Shown in pieces: positions 23,400 to 36,078 of a DNA stretch of 64,000 nt (its first letter is position 1; every line of letters starts with the position of its first letter). The DNA is from Podarcis melisellensis (lineage: Eukaryota). The translations under genes were made by a program, and so were the position numbers. The stretch lies in assembly GCA_964234715.1 (NCBI GenBank), contig OZ174277.1; one strand, written 5' to 3'. The notes beneath the pieces were generated by a model. The model was given only the letters and a program-made list of their open reading frames with translations. It did not search any database and was not told the DNA's origin.

Positions 23400-25040
23400 C
23401 AAAGAGTAGGTGAATTAGTGTAGAAAGTGCATTGTGATGCGGTTTGCCTGCCTCTTTCAGAAAGTTCTCTCTCTCTTTCCCTCTTTCGCTCCCTCGCTGC
23501 CATGGGACTGGATGGAGAGCTCACACAGCCTGGCTCCGGCCCCGGAGTCCCTGCTCCTGTTTAATATTCTGCTTGCTCCACTGATGTTGTGCTTGGCTCC
23601 TGTGGGACTGCAACTCACGGCTTGAAACCGGAGCCAATTTTCTGTCTTAATCTCCGTGTTTTGACTGGAGGCAGATCCAGTTCAGCCCAATCGGGGCTGG
23701 TGGAAACAACTACCTAAGAGTCTCGCTCTGTTTCGCTTGGGGAAGGAAAAAAGAAGGGAGGAGGAGTAGGAGGAGTGGGGAAAGAAAGGGGGGAAAATAA
23801 AGGAAGGGGGGGGGGGAGAAAAGCCAGCCTGCCTGCTTGCCTGCCACACATAAGAAACACATGCAGGCAATGTCGTTGGCGAGGTCGCTGTGTTTGCGCG
23901 AGTGAGACCGGCAGAGTATGCGGAGAGAATAAAGTGATCGTCTGGCAATCTGCGAGCATCCCTCGGATCGGTTTGTTGGCACTTTCTTCTTTCGGGAAAG
24001 GAAGAGGGGATCGCCGCTGAGCCGGAGCGCAGAGAGCAGCGGCGAAGGGATTTGGGGGGCAGCCAGTCAGCAAGCAAGCAAGGGGCGGCGGGGAGGGGTG
24101 GGGTGGGGAGAAGACTTGCCTTTCCGAGTGGAAGGGGCTGCGGCGGTGCTCCGAGCTCACTTACCTGGAAGTAAGGACCCCCGGAATCCGCGGCACTTAC
24201 TTCCAAGCAAGTGCGTTTGGAGAGGGGCGCGCGGAGAAGGTCAGCTCTTGGGTCTGGTGCCCCCCGCGCGCGCTCCTTCAGCAGGAGCGTGTGTGGTCCC
24301 AGGGCAGCTGGGAGTGTGAGCCAGAATCCGTGCCAAGCGAAGACAAGGAAGGCGAAGGGGGAATGCTCCCGAGCGCGTGAAACCTGGAGCGCGTGAGTGC
24401 GAGAGGGCAAAACCTGGGTGAGAAAAGGCAAAGCAAGAGACTGGGGTGGAGAGAGAGAGAGAGGATCCCTTGGTGGCAGCGGCAGATGCCAGGCAGACTG
24501 CGGGGCGCGGGCACGCAATGGCCGCTGCTGCCGTTCGGGCAAGGCAGGGCAGGGCAGGGCAAGGGGCGGGCGGCTGCTTGCCTGCCTGACCTGACGGGTC
24601 GCGCTCTACCTTTGTCTCCACTTGCAGATCGGAGGCGCCGCGATGACTCTGGTGCTGCCCCTGAGCAGCTTCTGCGAGCCCATTGTCTCCTCCGAAGGAG
24701 CCGCCGAGTTCCAGCCGCTGTGGGAGTCGCGCTGTTGCAGCAAGAGCAGCCCCGCCTCGGATGCAGCCGCCGCCACCGCCAGCAGCAGCAGCCCGGGCCA
24801 AGCGCAGCCGCTGCCGCCGCCGAGCAACGACAACAGGGCAGCGGCTGGGCAGCCCCCGGCGCCAGGTAAGGAGGTGGCTCAGGGCTTGCAGTCGGTTGCA
24901 TCAGCATCAAACCACCATCTCCGGCTTCCTTCTCCAAAATCACAACAGTGGGGTGTGTGTAAGTCAGTAGTCATCCTTGGATGCTAACACGAAAGAGATG
25001 TGGGCAATATATGGCCTCCCCCCTGAGCGCGCGCCGTGTT
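23400..25040 (+). promoter_or_regulatory. SERTAD4: Proximal CpG island: SERTAD4 promoter and 5' UTR exon region
   Basis: CpG/GC-rich and TE-free; spans the first coding exon; candidate + donors after 24170 (gaa|gtaagg), 24392 (cgc|gtgagt) and 24417 (tgg|gtgaga); acceptor tttgtctccacttgcag| before 24628. Confidence 0.8.
24643..24865 (+). CDS. SERTAD4: SERTA domain-containing protein 4, coding exon 1
   Basis: MTLVLPLSSFCEPIVSSEGAAEFQPLWE matches the recalled SERTAD4 N-terminus ([21 protein letters not shown]); exon starts at 24628 after a polypyrimidine tract and CAG; donor CAG|GTAAGG; 223 nt, phase 1. Confidence 0.93.
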
Positions 25041-25150
25041 ATCCTCATAACAACCCCTCGAGGTAGGTCAGGGAGGGACTGAGGGCTCAAGGTCACCCAG
25101 TGAATCCTGTGCTGAATAAGGGTCTAAAATGCCCACCTTGTCCAGTATCC
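25040..25150 (-). mobile_element. Degraded tRNA/CORE-type squamate SINE fragment
   Basis: cataacaaccc..aggtaggt..ctcaaggtcacccagtga matches the 47360-47585 copy. Confidence 0.55.
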
Positions 25151-25779
25151 TCTTTCCAACAGGGGCAAACAAGATGTTCCTGGAAAGCTGGTGGCCAGGT
25201 CTGAAGATAAGAATCTCCCATTGTTGTTGTCCTCCTCTGGTACACAAGAAGGACTCCATCTCTGCACTTGAAGGCTTTGTTCGGTTATCAGGGCTGCTCC
25301 TGCCGCTCTGCTCTGTAAGGAGAAGTGTCAGGGCAAAGGCATTTGTGCAGGAATCTTTGGCGGCCACTTAGAACTGCCTTAAAGGATTAGCATTTTAGTT
25401 ATCTGGGGAGGCTAGTTTTGCACCACCTGCTCCAATGCACTTTTGCAGGTGTTAAGATCTCACTCCGAGCCCCTCCGGTGCGGGAGATAACTGTGGGACA
25501 AAGACTGAAGGTGCCCTGACTCAAACCAGAGGAAATAGATGCTTTGCAGTGGCTGGCTTTGAAAAGAAAAGAAAGAATCAAAGAGACTCACCAAATCCCA
25601 GAGCTTGCTTTTGGTGGTACAGAGGAGTCCCAGAGCATAAGAGGGAATAATAAAGACAAAAGTGTCTTTGGGGCATAGTCCTCACAGAGAGAAGATGAAG
25701 CGACAAATCTGTGTCTAGATGATGCTACTTCAGGCTAGGGGTAGGAATTAACATGATTGATGTTCCTCTATACAAGGTA

Positions 25780-25784
25780 ACACA

Positions 25785-25850
<66 letters not shown>
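25780..25850. repeat. Compound (AC)n(AG)n microsatellite
   Basis: Direct reading. Confidence 0.95.
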
Positions 25851-25853
<3 letters not shown>

Positions 25854-26979
25854 ACTCCAGGAAGATAATCTGGGATGCCATTCAGATCAACTGTAGGTCA
25901 TTGCTTTCCCTGACATGCCTCTTTTTGGTAGGACTTTATTTTTTGGCCCCAGGGAGTGGCGAATGGGCACGAACTTAATCACAAGAGCTCCTACCTGCAG
26001 CCTGAAGTGATATGGTCTAGAGATGATTTTACTACCTCATCATGCATCCGAGAACCAGTCTTCTGTATTTGCAGTCTCTTAGTGCACACAGAGTATCCTT
26101 TCCACATCGCTGAAGGCCTTACACATTATGTCAATTGGGTGGCTGTCAATATATATTCTTTTAAAATGTAGACCTAGGCATGGCTTGTGGGAGATTTCCA
26201 CTGAGGCTACAATGCACAGGGCAGGGGAGGTCTAACCTTTTTCTCCCCAAGTGCACTCCTGGAGGAGGGAAAATCCCTTCACTGCAAAAAGACATAGAAA
26301 AAAGTTTCCATTGATGCACATGAAAATCCAGTCCCTGCTCCTACATACCTAGGATTAAATTGCCACCCCCCATATGCCTGCAAGCTGCACAATTAATATA
26401 ACATGTAACATGTAGGCCCTAGGTTTCCACAACATCCTATCTGCAATCTGAGTTCAGGACAAAACTTTGTGGATTTCAGGGACAACGCTATGATTTATAG
26501 GGAGATTTGAATACATCATGGTCCCATGGTCTAGACCAGCCTTTGCTAACCTGGTGCCCTCCAGATGTTTTGGACTACAACCCCCCCAGCCCCATCCAGT
26601 TGTCAGAAGTTGGTCTAGATGAGAAGTTGGTCTAGATAATCCCTTCTCGTTCTGTTCTTATGCACACAGCAAGAGAAGTATGGAACTGCTTGTGGAATTG
26701 TGGTTTATTCTAGCCAAAGTTACTTAAAACAAATCAGGGTCGGACAGATCCAGTTTTGTTGAATAATTCTGCTTAAAATTAAAACTCCCCAGATGTTGAT
26801 GTAAATGTGGAGCTGTGGATAGTTATGAAATAAAATTGGAAGCTTTTAAGGCACCACCTCTTGAATACAAAGAAGGTTGCAAGGAGAGGGGAGTGCATGA
26901 GCCCAAAATTACCCAAAGAGATCGTTCCTGATCACTTAGCCATGGTTTAGATGATCATCTAAACTTGGATACGCTAGGC

Positions 26980-27107
26980 TAGTGTTTCTCAAACTTGAGT
27001 CTCCAACTGTTGTTGGACTACGACTCCCATCATCCCTAGCTAGCAGGTCAGGGATGATGGGAGCTGTAGTCCAACAACAGCTAGAGACTCAAGTTTGAGA
27101 AACACTC
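26980..27107. mobile_element. Palindromic hAT-like MITE, same family as 8372-8507
   Basis: agtgtttctcaaacttgagtctc...gagactcaagtttgagaaacact; TSD cgctaggc/tgctaggc (7/8 match). Confidence 0.85.
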
Positions 27108-27184
27108 TGCTAGGCCTTACTTACAAGTAACTATTGATGTGGAAGGGCAAATTGTGTTTCCTTCAGCGTGTTTAGAGACACTGA

Positions 27185-27351
27185 GCCTGCATATGCACCA
27201 TACAGTTAAAGCACACACACCCTCAAAAGGATCCTGGGAACTGTAATTTACCCCTCACAGAGCTACAATTCCCAGTACCCTTAACATACTATAGTTTCCA
27301 GGATTCTTGTTGTGTGTGTGTGCACTTTTATTATATGGTGCGTATGCAGCC
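27185..27351. mobile_element. Palindromic MITE (related partial copy near 18060-18220)
   Basis: ctgcatatgcaccata...tatggtgcgtatgcag termini; internal gggaactgta.. motifs shared with 18111-18190. Confidence 0.6.
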
Positions 27352-27583
27352 TTAGTCTGCTTTGCTTTGAAATGCCATTCTTTGGCTATCTAAAAAGGCC
27401 TGGTTCTAAATATATTTGAGAAAAAGCCGGGGCGGGGGGAGGTGAAGATTAAAATTCTAAATTGATAACAGTAACTGTAGACTAGCTAGTTTTCAATACT
27501 GGTAATTGCTTAAATGTTTTTATATTTTGCCTGCAGCCATTGCATGAGCTTGTTGGCTAACTGTCAGTACAGTCTTTTTAAAT

Positions 27584-27586
<3 letters not shown>

Positions 27587-27614
<28 letters not shown>
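27587..27614. repeat. (CTAA)n microsatellite
   Basis: Direct reading. Confidence 0.9.
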
Positions 27615-28531
27615 GTCACTAACTAACATGCCACATGTAGACTTGGGGGTGTTCTGCTGCAAAGGAAACTAGATGCCACCCGGTTTGTCTTGCACATCAT
27701 TTATTGGAGGTTGAAATTAACACTAGAAGGAAAATGCAATAAACCCCAAACAGGTGGCCATATTAAGTGCTAGGCAGTAATTAAAATTTCACTCTCAATG
27801 GTAGCATATGGTTTGATTGGAGTATTGTGACCCAGGCTAGATTACAGTATCCATTGGTCTCAAAAGAGCTCAAAGTAATTACATTTTTGGCTACCTGTTC
27901 CAAATAACTTCCTTTCTATTGGGCTTAAAGGGCACCATCCCAAGTTGGTTATTACAGCAAATTATGCTTATTTGATAAATAAATTACAAATTGGATTTGT
28001 CTTCCCATGAGCCCAGCATTTTTTTCTTGCCAGAGGAGGGTGATGTAAGTGTACTGTTGTTAAGAATTGAATTTTTTTGGGGGTAGGGGTGACTAAAAAA
28101 AGCTCTGGCACTTTAGCTATTAAAATCAAATTATTGATTAACGTAGCGTTAATTTTCACAGGTAGCAGCCCACTTATCTACATCCATTAATAATTCCCCT
28201 TCTCAATAATTTGGAGAGTTGTCTCAGCCTTTTCCAAGAAAGTTAAGCCAAACTTATAAATCTTTAGCAACTAATACTTATACTACCAATGCATTAAACT
28301 TAATCAGCCCTGTTTAATTCCTCGAACTACTACTGTGTAGTCATGAACGTTGCAGTTTTTCAAATGGCTTGAACAGCCAGAATGAATGTTTCCTTGAAGT
28401 CAGATATGCAGAGGGTGCTTAAGCTCATGTGACAACTGTGCTTAAATAAACAGACTTGTTTCCTAAACGGTCTTGCAGCACAACCCTTCATTGCCTACAG
28501 CATTTTCTCACAAAAACTATTATTAAACTGA

Positions 28532-28873
<342 letters not shown>

Positions 28874-29127
28874 TAGCAACCAACCCAGACACGACTTAGC
28901 TTCAGCAGAGTGGCACCCCTTGTGTGCCTTCAGACTCTAATGTGTTCCACTGCTTGAATCTGAAAATACTCCACCTGGGTTACGTCCATATTTCAGTTCC
29001 TGTTTCGTTTTTGTTTTAATCTGTATCTGCTTTCCCCCCACTTGCACTCAATTAATATGATGAATGGAATAGCTGTCACTTTTGCTTTCTTTACGACAAT
29101 CAGATATAGACACCCTGAACACTTATA

Positions 29128-29607
29128 CAGCCGTACAGTCATACCTTGAGTTGAATGTGCTTTGGGTTGAATGTGATCGAGTTGCACTCCGCGGCGACCC
29201 GGAAGTAACGGAGCTCTTTACTTCCGGATTTTGCCGCTCGCGCATGTGCAGACGCTCAAAATGACGTCACGCGCATGCGCGGAAGCGGCGAAACGCCGTC
29301 GCGTCTTGCGTTCCGGTCGGGATGTGAACGGGGCTCCGGAATGGATCCCGTTCACATCCCGAGGTACCACTGTATCTTGGTTGACGAATGCCTTGCGAGT
29401 TGAACATTTTGGCTCCCAAATGCCGCAAACCTGGAAGTGAGTGTTCCAGTTTGCGAACGTTCTTTAGAACCTGAACATCTGATGCAGCTTCTGATTGGCT
29501 GCAGGAGCTTTCTGCAGCCAATTGGAAGGCACACCTTGGTTTCCGAATGTTTTGGAAGTAGAATGGACTTCTGGAATTGATTCTGTTCGACTTCCGAGGT
29601 ACGACTG
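29128..29607. mobile_element. Tc1/mariner (Tigger-like) MITE, outer element
   Basis: TA at 29126-27 and 29608-09; right TIR ccgaggtacgactg; left TIR cagccgTA..tcttgg is split by the inner element. Confidence 0.75.
29136..29372. mobile_element. Tc1/mariner (Tigger-like) MITE, inner CpG-rich element
   Basis: TA|cagtcatacctt...cgaggtaccactg|TA; TA duplication at 29134-35 and 29373-74. Confidence 0.8.
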
Positions 29608-30318
29608 TATACCCAATAAGTCTTGGAGCACATTTCCTTTTTGCTCCTCAGTGAGTACCTAAACTGGTTGTTGTAATGCATTTCGTTTCATTTATTGCCT
29701 ATATTTCATTTTCCCATTCCTGGGAAGAACCCAAAGTGGTCCATAGCAAGCACCTCTGTTAAGACAACATATCAGAATAATCAATATATTAAAACATAGC
29801 ACATGTAAAAATATAACACAAATTAAAGTCACATACATCTCTAAACAATAGTACAGCAAACCTATTAGATCCATACAAATTAATTCTATAATAAGGTTCC
29901 TCCTTCATGTCACCATACTTAGTGTACACAGATGGGAGCTACTTCTCTGTGGGATGATCCCATGTCTCTGAACAATGCATCTGAATAGCCTTCCAGCCAT
30001 GTGCTCTAAACTTCCATGCTCTCAGGTTCATGCTGGATGAGGCAGATGAAACCTGGGCCCTCAGTGGGACACTCCTGGCATTCTTCTTGCTGCTCCCAAT
30101 CTGCTGGATGGCAAATGCCCATGGTGTCCAAGGGAAACACCAGGAGTAAAACAGAGCAAACAGCTGTGTCCCTGGCTTTCCACCTTTGCAATCCACCACT
30201 GCTACCACTCCCAATTCTGCTGCATTGCCTGATCTTCCTCCCCCACAATATTGAATCCCCATTACCTGGCTCAGATGGTGGTAGCCAAAGACATACAAAT
30301 GTCACCTTGTTCAGTGGC

Positions 30319-30320
<2 letters not shown>

Positions 30321-30368
<48 letters not shown>
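30321..30368. repeat. (TA)n microsatellite
   Basis: Direct reading. Confidence 0.95.
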
Positions 30369-30371
<3 letters not shown>

Positions 30372-33300
30372 GCCAACAAAACAATTGAGAATTTGCTGTT
30401 ATTTAATGGTGCTCCCAAATCTACTGCCTGATGTAGGCTACTTCGCCTGGCCTAAATTGTAGGATGAAACTTGGGCAAAATATCCTGGGTAAGGACTGAC
30501 TGATCCCATTTAGATAAATCTGGGAAATGCCTGGTCTAGATTTTACTGATGGTGAGGGAAGGAATGGGATGCAAGCATGGGAAGATCCTGAATCCAGATG
30601 TCCAGATGCCAGACGTCCGAGCTAAATCTCAACTCAGCCAAAAACACATTGGACAGCCTTAACCTTCAGCTGCAGCTCCTTGCACCTAACTGGAGCCCAC
30701 CTTAAGGGGTTATTGTAAGAATCATGAGGGCCAGTTTACATCTTAGAATGGCTGTGCATTGGTGGACAAGAAGCATTTAAGTATTATTTCCCATATGCAT
30801 TGATACAATGCTGGTGCTTGCTCTCACACTCCACGGTCCACGCAACAATAGTATGATAGATGTGCCAAGGAGCCTTTTCACACCAATTGCCAGCTTGCTG
30901 CTGGACTGAATTAAAAGTGCTGCCATTTGCCTTAATTGCCTGAGGCTCACATACCCCTGAGAACATTTTCCCTGGCATAAGCCCTGCAGCAAGCAGATAG
31001 GTTTTGGGCAGTAGCTCCAAGGCTACCCTCTTCTAATTGTGGTACAAAGTTGCTCGTCCCTCATGTCCCTCTGCAGAACTGGCTTAGATCAGTCTCAGAA
31101 AGTGTACTGCATGGATGTCCTGCTAAAGCCTCTTGTGCCATTTTGGGCTGCAGTCCTAAACACATTGACGAGGGAATATGCCTCGCTGAGATACCAAGGC
31201 TTGCTTTTGTGTTTGTACATATAGGATTGTGTTGTTAATGTGGGGTTTGCAAAAAACAAAACAAAACCAAAAAACCCCCATACCATTAAAAATAATAAAA
31301 ATGTTCATCTTATTGTTGCAGGATGTGTTTTGGTTTTCGATTTGGTTAGCCACTTTGAGCCATTAATTAGTCAACTGTAAGCGTGATTTTTATTTTTATT
31401 TTTTTTTTGCTTTGTTTTTGGTATTGTCACCTACATGTGATGGCTTTTCATCATCCTGCATGTTGAAGTGGAATTTCTATTCTGTCCCTGTAATGTATAC
31501 AAATCTCTTTGGACCCCTGAGAAAATCACAGTAGACTATGACTTGGATTTTGAGAACCACAGACGGAAGGAAGTTTACAAAAGGGGGTTTCCCCATACTT
31601 TCTCCCCAGTGTCCTGCTCTGAGCCCCTTGAAAGCTTTTCTCAAGGGTCAGCGAATCCTCTTGAAAAGTAGGAATAGGGTTTGCAGAACCTGCTGAGGAG
31701 AGAGCAGAATTCACCCATAACTGATCAGAGTAGAGCCAGCTTCTATGACTTTTAGTATATATTTTGTCTTTTTTACGCTGCGAACTGCCCTGAGATCTAT
31801 GGACAAAGGGTGGTATACAAATTGAATTGATATTGATAATGATAATAATTCTCCTTCCATAGCATCTGGTTGTGCCCCTTCTGCTATTGTTCAAGGGTTA
31901 GGTGTTTATTTATTGTGACAGGCAATTGCTTTACATTTCACTCTGCTGAAGGCTCAGCCATTCAGAAAGCCACAATGACATTAAAAAGCAACTTTGTTTT
32001 CCATTCACATGCTATTTTTCATTGGGACACGTAGCAAAAGCTACTGTTGTTGCCATCCTTGTTACTATATCCCACAAATTCCAAACAGAGGCAACACGGC
32101 TGCAAAGGGAAGTTTTAATGTAATATGTAGCTTTGCTTCAGCATACTAATAAAACAATGCTCCAGAGCAAGAAAAAAAAACCCACACAGAACACACCACC
32201 ACATTTACCTGTTTGCTGTTCCTGGTGGCATTAGCTGAAACCGAGAGACAATGGGCTAAAAAACTGAAACAAAAACACGTGACTTTGTTTCCCAAAAGCA
32301 GGTTTACAGAATAGCTCATCATAGTGAATGAAAAGAAATGGAATACTGTATAGCTAAAAGTGCCACTGTAAAGGAATAGTCCTAAAGATCACTTCCAGTG
32401 GATATCAAACTTTCTAGTTTCTGAATCATAGTAGGTGTCAGTTTTAGGAAAGCAGTGTTTTGCAGAATACCCACTGTTTAGATATACAGTTCTTACCTAA
32501 TTCATTGTTCACTCCCACCCCTCATGAGATCAGGTAGCAATTTTGCAGACCTTGCAACTTCGATCTTTCTTTTCAGCCTACTGAAAATATACTACGGAGA
32601 GCAAATTAATGTATAAGAGCATTGCAAGATTGCCATATTGCCCAGACATCTGGAAAATTAAGCTTTAAGCCCAGGGGAATGTTGGATTCTATGCTTCATG
32701 TGCATCATGACCTTTTTGCTAAGTAAGGTTGCCAAATGTGATGGTGATTTTTGTAAAGCAGATAGTTTTCCACTGGGAACTGGACAGAGACCAGCAGATA
32801 GTTTCACAGAAAGCTTTGTAGCCTGCCAGATATTTGGCAATAGTGACTGCAATTGAACCAGGGACTATGAGAGGTCTTTTAAAAAAAACAAAAAAACCCC
32901 CACCACTGAGTGCATACAATGAACTTCTTGTATAAAACTGTGTTTATTTCAGAAACAATATTTCTGAAGCAGGGTAACTAATTACTTCATCTTTTTTTCA
33001 CTTATAGCATGCTTTTTTTGCATTGCATATTTCCCCTAGAAATAGACTTTTGTTAGAAATTAATAATGAATTCCGTTTCAAAGTGGGATAGTGCAAAGCC
33101 TGGAACTAGTTTCTAAAGCACCAGAAGTGTTGTCAAGATGCACAGAAGGTTTTGCTCAAAGGGAAAGGATGCTGCATTGTTTTGAGAAGAGGCTATGAGA
33201 AAAATGGACCGTTGGAAAATATCCTTATTATCTCCTTAGGAAAGATTTTTCCTCTCTGCCAAAATTCTTTGGCCACAAGGGAAAATCGGAACAAGAAAAA

Positions 33301-34087
33301 CAAGACACAGAGAGGAATATCTTTTTCTTCTCATACAATATTTGCGTATGTTTTGGCTTATCTTAATCTAACAAGAGAGGAAGAAAGGAGGCAATTGTGC
33401 CAAGAGCAAATCTATGGGCTGGTAACCGACACTTCCTTCACCAAGGTTTCTGAACTTGAAGAAATTCTCTGGAGCTTTCCCCACTCTAGCCTGTTGCATA
33501 AAGAAATAGATGACATCACTTCCTGTTTTCTGTATCTGCTTCTGCTCATATGCAAACAGCAAGAAGCCGCTTCACAAAACAGGAAGTGACAGTGTAGGAC
33601 AGTGGCAGGAAGAAAAGAGTGGCGCTATTAGGACCAGACTTTGTGGTGTAAATCGAGGAACCCACAGACCGGGACAGGGGCTAATGACCACCAGAGACAA
33701 GAGCAGCAGATGATGGGGCAGAAGGTTGCAGCAAGAAACAGGCACAGTGACAGCATCTGTCACAGCTGACACCAGTTGCCACATTAATTTTTCTTTCTTT
33801 TTTTTAATACAATTTGTTTTTTGTGGGTTGAGGAGGTTGAGTAGGCTGCTCAGTGAAGCACCAATGGAGATTCCAGGCATGTCTATCACCATCCTTTCCC
33901 TGGAATGCTTCTTGGATCCATCTAGAAAACCATTGGAGAAGGGACTGCAGCGAAAAGGGGAACATCGTGAAAGTAATCTTCCCACTTTTCCAGCATGAAT
34001 TCCTGCAGGATTGCAGTCCCTTTGGCAAACAGAAGGACAGCCCTATGCCTTATGATAGGAACATATAGATACCTAAGAGTTGCTGAG

Positions 34088-34235
34088 TTCATAGTATCAG
34101 AATTGTAGTGCAGGATGGGACCCCAAGGACCAGCTAGTTCAGCCCTCTGCAATGCAGGAATCTGAACTAGACCATACACAACAGACAGCCTCTACTTAAC
34201 CTCTGCTTAAAAAACTCCAAGGAAGGAGAGTCTCT
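34088..34235 (-). mobile_element. CR1 3' end fragment
   Basis: agaattgtag..gggaccccaagg..ctctgcaatgcaggaatct..acctctgcttaaaaaactccaaggaaggagagtc parallels 62411-62550. Confidence 0.7.
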
Positions 34236-34559
34236 TGAGAGTCTGTTATGGATATGAAATTAAGGAAAGAAGCTTTTTTCCAGATAAAAACATCTCTGGT
34301 TAAATTAACCCTCTGGTTAATTCACGTTCCTGCAAATCTCATTTGAGTCATTTCATCATTAGAAATATTTTTCCCTGCCATGGAAGCTAATGATTGTTGG
34401 AGGAAGTATGGTACTGTTCAAAAGTACAGATAATTTTTGGTTTGTTTCAGTTTCCCCCCTTTTTGCATATATACTATTCTCCACAAGGACACAGTTTGGC
34501 TTAAGAAGATTCCTCACAGCTGAACTAACATTGAAAAATGTCAATATCCCAGCACCGGA

Positions 34560-34745
34560 ACACAGGAACATAGGAAGCTGCCTTATTATAATTCAAACCG
34601 TTGGTTCATCTAGCTCAGTACACTGCCTGGTAGCAGCTCTCCAGGGTTTCAGGCAGAAGTCTTTCCCCAGTGCTACCTGGAGATGCCTGGGATTGAACCT
34701 GGGACCTTCTGCATGCAAAACAGATGCTCTACCACTAGGCCCTTC
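34560..34745 (-). mobile_element. tRNA-derived squamate SINE (related pieces at ~47180-47330 and ~57380-57605)
   Basis: B-box reverse complement gggattgaacctggg and A-box gatgctctaccact; tail taggaagctgcctta. Confidence 0.65.
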
Positions 34746-35164
34746 TCCTGGGACTATATGGTTTTGATTCCTTCAGATCTTGGCTATTGACTAACTAGCT
34801 TTCCTGGGCTGCACTTTGGTAATGACAAGCTCACTAATCAGCTACTGGTTTGGGGGATTTGAATGTGCTGGAGGGCGGGGCAGAGAGGTCTTAAAACAGG
34901 CATGTTCTAAGTCTGTTTTGGGGGCCTAATCCGGCCTGCTGATGTAATCTGGACTCTAAAAAAAGCTCAACAACTTCAATCCTAAAAAAAAGGTCAATAA
35001 CTATGGTTGACCCTCATGCATGTTCACTTCATTAAATCTGGCTCTCTTTGAAAAAAGTTTGGGCACCCCTATATTAAAATAAATATGACTGCCCCAAATG
35101 TTAAATGATAGTCAGACAGGTAGAATCTCAACAACATGTTTCAGCTGACCTGCATTACAACCAT

Positions 35165-35248
35165 CTTAATAATAATTATTATTATTAATAATAATGTATT
35201 GGCTGGGTTTCCCCAGCCACTCTGGGCAGCTCCCAACAGAATATTAAT
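35165..35248 (-). mobile_element. Short L2 3'-tail fragment just upstream of the SERTAD4 acceptor
   Basis: tggctgggtttccccagccactctgggcagctcccaacagaatatta matches L2 3' UTRs at 4259-4295 and 63642-63690. Confidence 0.75.
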
Positions 35249-35286
35249 AAGTTGTTGTTGTTATCTCCTCTCTCTTTCATCTGTAG

Positions 35287-36078
<792 letters not shown>

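Noticed and set aside
23682-24943. Long - strand ORFs (286, 221, 186 aa) over the proximal CpG island
   Set aside because: Low-complexity Pro/Ala/Arg-rich translations expected from stop-poor GC-rich DNA; several start at non-ATG codons; no recognisable domain
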